This document shows, in pieces, positions 57,751 to 64,000 of a stretch of DNA of 64,000 nucleotides. This DNA is from an uncultured Bacteroidia bacterium. Lineage in GTDB: Bacteria > Bacteroidota > Bacteroidia > Bacteroidales > UBA932. The stretch's first letter is position 1, and every line of letters starts with the position of its first letter. A program made the position numbers and the translations under genes. Below the pieces are notes generated by a model. The model searched no databases, was not told the origin of the DNA, and saw only the letters and a program-made list of their open reading frames with translations. Where the stretch lies: positions 38,867 through 102,866 of the forward strand of contig CADAAA010000006.1 in the NCBI GenBank assembly GCA_902785785.1, given 5' to 3'.

Positions 57751-59906
57751 AGACCAACATGAAGAAAGTCCTTCTCACTCTCGCGGCGGCCATGACGCTC
57801 ACCGCCGGCGCCCGCGCGGATGAAGGCATGTGGCTGCTCCCGCTTCTCCAGAAGATGAACGCGGGCGCAATGGCGGAGCTCGGCTGCCGCCTCACACCCG
57901 AACAGATCTACAGCATCAACAACACCTCCCTTAAGGACGCCATCGTCCATTTCGGAGGCGGATGCACCGGAGAGATGATCTCCAACCAGGGACTCGTCAT
58001 CACCAACCACCACTGCGGATACAGCAACATCCAGGCGCTCTCCACCCCCGAGCACAACTATCTCGAGGACGGATACTGGGCGATGAGTCTCAAGGAAGAG
58101 CTGCCCGCCAGAGGCCTCAGTGTCACCTTCCTGCAGAGCATGACCGACGTCACCCCCGTGCTGGAGAAGGCCTATGAGTCCGCACTCAAGGCCAACAAGA
58201 AGGCCGAGGACAAGGAAGAGATAGCCGAAGCCGCCATGGAGGCCACAGCCCAGGCCCTCGCTGAAAAGGCCGAGGCTGACAACCCTCACTGCACGGCCAG
58301 GGTCCAGAGTTTCTACAACGACAACGTCTTCTACCTCATTGTCTACAAGACTTACACCGACGTCCGTTTCGTCGGCGCTCCGCCGGCATCCTCCGGAAAG
58401 TTCGGCGGCGAAACCGACAACTGGATGTGGCCCCGCCACACTTGCGACTTCTCGATGTTCCGCGTATATGCCGGCCGCGACAACGAGCCTGCCGCATACA
58501 GCCCGGACAACGTCCCCTACCAGCCCAAGCGCACCCTCGGCATCTCCCTCAAGGGATACCAGGACGGTGACTTCGCCATGATCATGGGCTATCCCGGGCG
58601 CACCCAGAGGTTCCAGACCGCAGCCCAGCTCAAGCAGATGATCGCCGAGCAGCGTGTCGCCATCGACGCCCGTACCGTCCGTCAGGACGTCATGTGGGAG
58701 GCCATGATGGCCGACCCGGCCGTCACCCTGCAGTATGCCAGCAAGTATGCCAGCTCGGCCAACGGCTGGAAGAAGTGGCAGGGCGAGGAACTCGCCTTCG
58801 AGAAGCTCAACATCATCGGACGCGAAGAGCAGAAAGAGGCGGATTTCAACGCCTGGGTTTCTGCTAAGAAAAAACGCAGGGAGGCCTATGGCAACGCCAT
58901 CCAGACCATAGCCGACGCCGTTGCCTCCTCCGCCGAGGCCGAAAAGGCATATACGCTCCTGACCGAGACCATCTACAGGATCGAAGCCGTGAATTACGCC
59001 GCCTCGTTCGGCAATGCCTTCCGCAGGGCCCAGGCCTCCGGCAGCGATGAAGCGGCTGCCCTCGAGGAGGCCATTTCCACCATCGCCCGCCAGTACAAGG
59101 ACTACAACGAACCGCTCGACCGCAAGGAAGGCGTAGCGCTGTTCAACCACTATCTCTCCCGGGTCAAGCCCGAGGACATGGTAGCCATCGAAGGACTTGA
59201 CCCTTCACAGGTCGAGCCTTTCGTCAAATACGTTTTCGACAATACCGCCTTCACCTCGGAAGAGAAGCTCCGCGAGAAGATCAAGAGCTACGCCGACTAC
59301 GAGAATGATCCCGCCACTATGATCTACAACGCCATAGTCGGAGCGGCCCAGAAGTTCACCCCGGCCATGATTGAAAGCACCGGTCCCATTGCCGAAGGCA
59401 GCAAGGCCTTTACCAAGGGCCTCATGGAATGGAAGGAAGGTGAGCCCTCCTATCCGGACGCCAACAGCACCATGCGTCTGACCTACGGCACCGTCAAGTC
59501 CTACTCCCCCAAGGACGGCGTGCTCTACAAGCATTACACCACCGTCAAGGGCGTTATTGAGAAGGAAGACCCGGACAACTACGAGTTCCGTGTCCCCGCC
59601 AAGCTCAAGGAGATCATCCTTAACAAGGACTTCGGCCAGTACACCAATGAATACGGCGAAGTGCCCGCCTGCTTCCTGATCAACTGCGATATCACCGGAG
59701 GCAACTCCGGCTCACCCGTGATGGATGCTGACGGCAATCTCATCGGTCTCGCCTTCGACGGCAACTGGGAGTCCATGTCCAGCGACGTGATGTTCGAGCC
59801 CGACCTCCAGCGTTGCATCTGCGTGGACATCCGTTACGTGCTCCTGCTCCTCGACAAGTTCGGCGGAGCCGGATACCTCCTCAACGAAATGAACATCATC
59901 AGATAA
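57747..59906 (+). CDS. S46 family dipeptidyl peptidase (DPP7-like)
   Basis: Signal peptide then DEGMWL; TNHHC, DNWMWPRH, DITGGNSGSP, FDGNWE; start reassigned from the 57186 ORF. Confidence 0.93.
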   Translation: MKTNMKKVLLTLAAAMTLTAGARADEGMWLLPLLQKMNAGAMAELGCRLTPEQIYSINNTSLKDAIVHFGGGCTGEMISNQGLVITNHHCGYSNIQALSTPEHNYLEDGYWAMSLKEELPARGLSVTFLQSMTDVTPVLEKAYESALKANKKAEDKEEIAEAAMEATAQALAEKAEADNPHCTARVQSFYNDNVFYLIVYKTYTDVRFVGAPPASSGKFGGETDNWMWPRHTCDFSMFRVYAGRDNEPAAYSPDNVPYQPKRTLGISLKGYQDGDFAMIMGYPGRTQRFQTAAQLKQMIAEQRVAIDARTVRQDVMWEAMMADPAVTLQYASKYASSANGWKKWQGEELAFEKLNIIGREEQKEADFNAWVSAKKKRREAYGNAIQTIADAVASSAEAEKAYTLLTETIYRIEAVNYAASFGNAFRRAQASGSDEAAALEEAISTIARQYKDYNEPLDRKEGVALFNHYLSRVKPEDMVAIEGLDPSQVEPFVKYVFDNTAFTSEEKLREKIKSYADYENDPATMIYNAIVGAAQKFTPAMIESTGPIAEGSKAFTKGLMEWKEGEPSYPDANSTMRLTYGTVKSYSPKDGVLYKHYTTVKGVIEKEDPDNYEFRVPAKLKEIILNKDFGQYTNEYGEVPACFLINCDITGGNSGSPVMDADGNLIGLAFDGNWESMSSDVMFEPDLQRCICVDIRYVLLLLDKFGGAGYLLNEMNIIR

Positions 59907-60982
59907 TGACAGAACAGGATATAAAGCAGGCCCTGGCGGGCGTACGCCATCCCGCAAGGGACGACCGCGACATCGTATCCCTTGGAATGGTGAATGACGT
60001 CGAGGTTTCCGAAGGGAAGATCACTGTGACGCTGGGATTCCCCAAGCGTCGTGATCCCCTGACAGAGTACCTCGTGGGCAGCACCCGCGCCACCCTCATC
60101 CGGGAGTTTCCGGACATGGAGAACGAAGTCAGGACCGTCATCGTGGACGAGGCTCCCGCCAAAAAGAAAAGCAATGTGCTCGACCTCGATTTCGAGCAGG
60201 TCAAGAATATCAAACACATCATAGGCGTAGCCTCCGGCAAAGGCGGCGTCGGCAAGTCCACCGTAGCGGTGAACCTTGCCGTAGCTCTGGCCCGGATGGG
60301 CTACCGCGTCGGCCTCGCCGACGCCGACGTGTACGGGCCGTCCGTGCCGGTGATGACCGGCACCGAGGGCCACGTCCCCGAGGCTGTCGAGGAGGAGGAC
60401 GGCAGGCAGTGGATCCTCCCCGCCGAGAAGTTCGGCGTGAAGTGGATGAGCATCGGCTACTTCGCCGATCGGGGCCAGGCCCTGATCTGGCGCGGGCCGA
60501 TGGCCTGCAACGCCTTGAAACAGATGATCTTGCAGGTTCAGTGGGGCGAGCTCGACTTCCTTCTGATCGACATGCCCCCGGGCACCGGCGACATCCATAT
60601 CTCGCTCGTCCACGACATCCCGATGGAGGGTGCAGTAATCGTCACCACGCCGCAGAACGTGGCTCTGGCCGATGTAGAGAAGGGTGTCAACATGTTCGGC
60701 AACAAGGGCGTGGAGAAGCCTGTATTCGGTATCATCGAGAACATGTCATGGTTCACCCCTGCCGAGCATCCTGACGAGAAGTACTACCTGTTCGGACAAG
60801 GCGGCGGCGTAGCCATGGCGCGGGCTCTGGGCCTGGACCTGCTGGGGCAGGTCCCTATAGTCCAGAGCATACGCGAAGGCGGAGACGCCGGCGAGCCCGT
60901 GGCCCTCGGATCCCGCCCCGACGGTCTGGCATTTCTGGATATCGCCTCGAAGCTTGTCGGGAAACTCGAGAAAAAGGACTGA
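59906..60982 (+). CDS. Mrp/NBP35 (ApbC) Fe-S carrier ATPase
   Basis: ASGKGGVGKSTV, DADVYGPS, WRGPM, DMPPGTGD, ENMSWF. Confidence 0.92.
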   Translation: MTEQDIKQALAGVRHPARDDRDIVSLGMVNDVEVSEGKITVTLGFPKRRDPLTEYLVGSTRATLIREFPDMENEVRTVIVDEAPAKKKSNVLDLDFEQVKNIKHIIGVASGKGGVGKSTVAVNLAVALARMGYRVGLADADVYGPSVPVMTGTEGHVPEAVEEEDGRQWILPAEKFGVKWMSIGYFADRGQALIWRGPMACNALKQMILQVQWGELDFLLIDMPPGTGDIHISLVHDIPMEGAVIVTTPQNVALADVEKGVNMFGNKGVEKPVFGIIENMSWFTPAEHPDEKYYLFGQGGGVAMARALGLDLLGQVPIVQSIREGGDAGEPVALGSRPDGLAFLDIASKLVGKLEKKD

Positions 60983-60984
60983 AA

Positions 60985-61584
60985 ATGAAGAGATTGATCG
61001 TTCTGGTTGCAGCCCTGCTGCTGGCTCTCAGCGCTTACGCCCTTGAACCCGTAAAAAAGGACAAGAGCAAGATGGCCGTCGAAGGATACGGCCATATAAG
61101 CAAGTCCGAAGGGGTCAACTATTCCGCAGGAGGTGCCTTCATCTGGGGGAAACAGCGGACCAAGGGGTTCTTCCTCGGCGCCGGAACCGGCCTGCGCTAT
61201 ATACACTCCGTACATGAGATCGAGGAACTTGGGGAAGGAAGCCGTATCCTCTACTACGGCGACGAGGCCGTCGTCCCGGTGTTCATCCGCGCACGTTTCG
61301 GACGCGTGAGGCCGGGCAAGATCAAGCCTTTCGTCACTGCAGACATAGGCACCGCGCTGAACTTCGGCAAGGAGGCCAACACCAAGGGATTCTTCTTCGA
61401 ACCCCAGATCGGGCTTGACCTTGCGGAGAATGTCTATGTGACGCTGGGAGTGGACACGCATCATTTCCTCAGCCGCAGGCTGATCCGGGTAGGCGACGTC
61501 ATCGGCACCATACGCGACCCCGAAAAGAAGGTCAAAGGCATCATGTCCACCGGCCTCTCACTACATGTTGGCTACTCCTTCTGA
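60985..61584 (+). CDS. Outer-membrane beta-barrel protein, unknown function
   Basis: Signal peptide, alternating beta-strands, C-terminal GYSF. Confidence 0.7.
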   Translation: MKRLIVLVAALLLALSAYALEPVKKDKSKMAVEGYGHISKSEGVNYSAGGAFIWGKQRTKGFFLGAGTGLRYIHSVHEIEELGEGSRILYYGDEAVVPVFIRARFGRVRPGKIKPFVTADIGTALNFGKEANTKGFFFEPQIGLDLAENVYVTLGVDTHHFLSRRLIRVGDVIGTIRDPEKKVKGIMSTGLSLHVGYSF

Positions 61585-62384
61585 GTCCCCTTCCCTACAG
61601 TTTTCTCGAAGCATCGCGTGAGCGCGACGAAGTCTTCGACGCCGAGGCGCTCGGCGCGGAGGTCGAAGACCTCGTCGGCGAAGAAGGCCGAGGCGTCTGC
61701 GCCGGCGGGCAGGAGCGGCTTGAGGGCGTTGCGCAAGGTCTTGCGGCGCTGGTTGAACGCCGTCTTGACGACCGCTTTGAAAAGCTTTTCGTCGCAGCCG
61801 AGCTCCGTGCGGGAGTTGCGGGTGAGACGGATGACGGCCGAGCGGACTTTCGGCGGCGGGCTGAAAGCCCCGGGGCCGACGGAAAGGACGTATTCTATGT
61901 CGTACCAGGCCTGCAGGAGTACCGACAGGATGCCGTAAGTCTTCGAGCCGGGCTTCTCGGCGATGCGGTCCGCCACTTCCTTCTGTATCATGCAGACGAC
62001 TTCGGGGACGAGGTCCTTGTCATCGAGGATCTTGAAAAAAATCTGCGATGAGATGTTGTACGGAAAGTTGCCGATGATGCGGTACGGACCCTTGAAGAAG
62101 CGCGAAACGTTGAGTTTCAGGTAATCCCCCTCCATCAGGTGTCCCTGCATGCCGTTGAAATGCGTCAGCAGGTACTCGACAGACTCCGTATCTATCTCTA
62201 TCATCTTGAGGTCGATGTCCTCCCGCTTCAGCAGATACTGGGTAAGGACTCCCATGCCGGGGCCTATCTCGAGGACGTCGCGCGGAGCGGACGGGTCCTC
62301 GCGCAAGGCCGCGACTATGGACTGCGCTATCCCCTGGTCCGTCAGGAAATGCTGCCCGAGGGCTTTCTTGGCTCTGACTTCCAT
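61572..62384 (-). CDS. rsmA: 16S rRNA (A1518/A1519) dimethyltransferase
   Basis: KKALGQHFL, EIGPGMG, GNFPYNISS, QKEVA.R, F.PPPKV.SAV. Confidence 0.96.
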   Translation of the reverse strand: MEVRAKKALGQHFLTDQGIAQSIVAALREDPSAPRDVLEIGPGMGVLTQYLLKREDIDLKMIEIDTESVEYLLTHFNGMQGHLMEGDYLKLNVSRFFKGPYRIIGNFPYNISSQIFFKILDDKDLVPEVVCMIQKEVADRIAEKPGSKTYGILSVLLQAWYDIEYVLSVGPGAFSPPPKVRSAVIRLTRNSRTELGCDEKLFKAVVKTAFNQRRKTLRNALKPLLPAGADASAFFADEVFDLRAERLGVEDFVALTRCFEKTVGKGTQKE

Positions 62385-62385
62385 G

Positions 62386-64000
62386 CTATTCTTCCTCCTT
62401 GCGTCCGGACAGGACAATGGATCCGGCAGCGGCCAGGAGCAGCAGGACGATGATACTTATCGAAGAAGCACGGGAAATCGCCGCGCTGGCAGAGACCGAA
62501 CGAGGGTCAAAGCGCATCACAAGCTCGTGCCCGCCTGCCGGCAGGACGGCGGCACGGAGTATCCAGTCGGCGCGCAGCACCGGGACATCCTCACCGGTAT
62601 CAGCAAGCCAGGCGTGCCAGCCATCCGGGTAGTATACCTCACTGAATACCGTCAGTCGGTCTGCCGAAGTGTTATACCTGAAGTGGAGTTCGTTGGGAGC
62701 ATAGGAGGTCATGACTATCGTGTCCCCGGGAGCGGCAGTTCCGAAGGTCCCGCCGCTGACTGCCTCGGCATCCGCTGGCTCCAGGACGGCTGCGGAACGC
62801 AGGTCCGTGGAACCGACAAGATCAAGTGCCATGTCCGGCGACGATGCGGGTACGATGCCGTTCACGAACCAGGCATTGCCATAGGCATTGCCATTCACGA
62901 CCGGAGCATTATCATCTCCCAAGATTATATACTTCATGTTAAGCGCTGAAAGCACCGGCAACTCCGGGAGTTTCTCCTCGAGTTCCGAGACAGTCGATAC
63001 ATCCTTGGCCGATGCGTAAATGGAGTTGATCTCAGGGACAAGATACTTCTCAATGAGCTCCTGGTAACGCTGAAGTTTAGCCGGGCTGTATCCTCCTATG
63101 TTCTTGTGCCAGTATGAACGGATGTAGCTGTTGAACGGGTCTGTCGTGAGGTCAAGTATGCGGTAGGAAACAGCCTTGTCCTGGAGGATGACCTCGTCCA
63201 CGGCCGTCTTGTTGAACTGGTTGTTGAACGTCCTTGGCGAAACGAAATCGTCCGCCGAAAGATAACGTTTGCCCGCAGCAAAAAGATCGACAAGAACCAG
63301 AGCGCAGACAAGAAGGACGGCTGTGCGGCGGCGGGCATAGGCGGCATTGCGCCCCGCCTCCGTCCGCTGGTCGAAACTCGCACGCGCATCCTTGGGTACG
63401 GAATACCCCCACAGGATCAGGGTGAATGCCGCTGAAATCAGCAGCAGCGACCGCAGGGCGTCCATCCTGAGCAGATGACGCCGGTCGGCCTGCAGCGCAT
63501 CCACGAGGACGTCCGGTTGGGCGGCATCAGATTCTCCGGAGAAAGTACCGGCCAGCGAAGGGATAAGCAGCATCAACAGGCAGAAGCCTCCGGCGATAGC
63601 GTAAGCTATCAGCCCCTTCTTCTTGAACAGTTCCGCAGGAGTCTCCCCCTTGAGGATACTGTCAAGGACCAGGAATCCCAGCACCGGCAATGTCGTCTGC
63701 AGGACAATCAGGGCCATTGACACCGTCCTGAACTTGTTGTAGAACGGAACATGGTCATAGAACAACTTCGTGAACCACATAAAATGGTTTCCGAGAGCGA
63801 GCAATATAGCCAGCAGGGTGCAGATGATCACCCACCACTTGTCCTTCGGCCTGCACAGGAAAAGTCCCAGGATGAAAAGGAACACCGTTATGGCTCCCAT
63901 GTACATCGGGCCGGCCGTAAAAGGCTGAGGGCCCCAATAAAGGGGAAGCGACTTGATGGCCTGCTTGTAGTTGGGATATCCGCTCTCTTTGAGCAGCCTC
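62386..64000 (-). CDS. YfhO family membrane protein (N-terminus beyond window end)
   Basis: YWGPQPFTAGPMY.GA, YNKFR, GGYSPAKLQRYQ, FSEVYYP.GW, RADWILRA. Confidence 0.88.
   Translation of the reverse strand, partial: RLLKESGYPNYKQAIKSLPLYWGPQPFTAGPMYMGAITVFLFILGLFLCRPKDKWWVIICTLLAILLALGNHFMWFTKLFYDHVPFYNKFRTVSMALIVLQTTLPVLGFLVLDSILKGETPAELFKKKGLIAYAIAGGFCLLMLLIPSLAGTFSGESDAAQPDVLVDALQADRRHLLRMDALRSLLLISAAFTLILWGYSVPKDARASFDQRTEAGRNAAYARRRTAVLLVCALVLVDLFAAGKRYLSADDFVSPRTFNNQFNKTAVDEVILQDKAVSYRILDLTTDPFNSYIRSYWHKNIGGYSPAKLQRYQELIEKYLVPEINSIYASAKDVSTVSELEEKLPELPVLSALNMKYIILGDDNAPVVNGNAYGNAWFVNGIVPASSPDMALDLVGSTDLRSAAVLEPADAEAVSGGTFGTAAPGDTIVMTSYAPNELHFRYNTSADRLTVFSEVYYPDGWHAWLADTGEDVPVLRADWILRAAVLPAGGHELVMRFDPRSVSASAAISRASSISIIVLLLLAAAGSIVLSGRKEEE

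Overview
This is a GC-rich chromosomal segment of a Bacteroidales bacterium. The assignment is inferred from TAnnTTTG -7 promoter elements, DUF3575/DUF4988/NigD/S46/YfhO genes and an EF-G2 paralog; a Cryptobacteroides/RC9-like gut or rumen lineage is plausible. It carries housekeeping genes (dnaE, secDF, murA, murB, aspS, fusA2, rnhB, rsmA, tRNA-Ser(CGA)), transporters, peptidases and a GH120 beta-xylosidase. The most striking unexplained structure is a pair of paralogous HUH/Y1 (RAYT/TnpA-REP-like) nuclease genes, 29748-30701 and 52730-53590. Each is bracketed on both sides by its own family of dyad-symmetric repeats. The two families are unrelated in sequence but share a 51-52 bp period. Family A (GACGGTCCA-N5-TGGACCGTC doublets) also occurs as two orphan copies at 18467 and 24109. 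A second candidate system is a tightly coupled six-gene operon (11153-17517): small alarmone synthetase, small alarmone hydrolase, APH-like kinase, Cache-SpoIIE-HATPase fusion, STAS protein and K+/H+ antiporter, with no sigma factor. Other oddities are a ThiL paralog missing several metal-binding aspartates, a peptidase-S51/ATP-grasp fusion, a candidate structured ncRNA, two ~110 bp AT-rich inverted-repeat elements and an XRE gene with tandem operators. All family assignments come from motif recognition by eye; no database searches were run.
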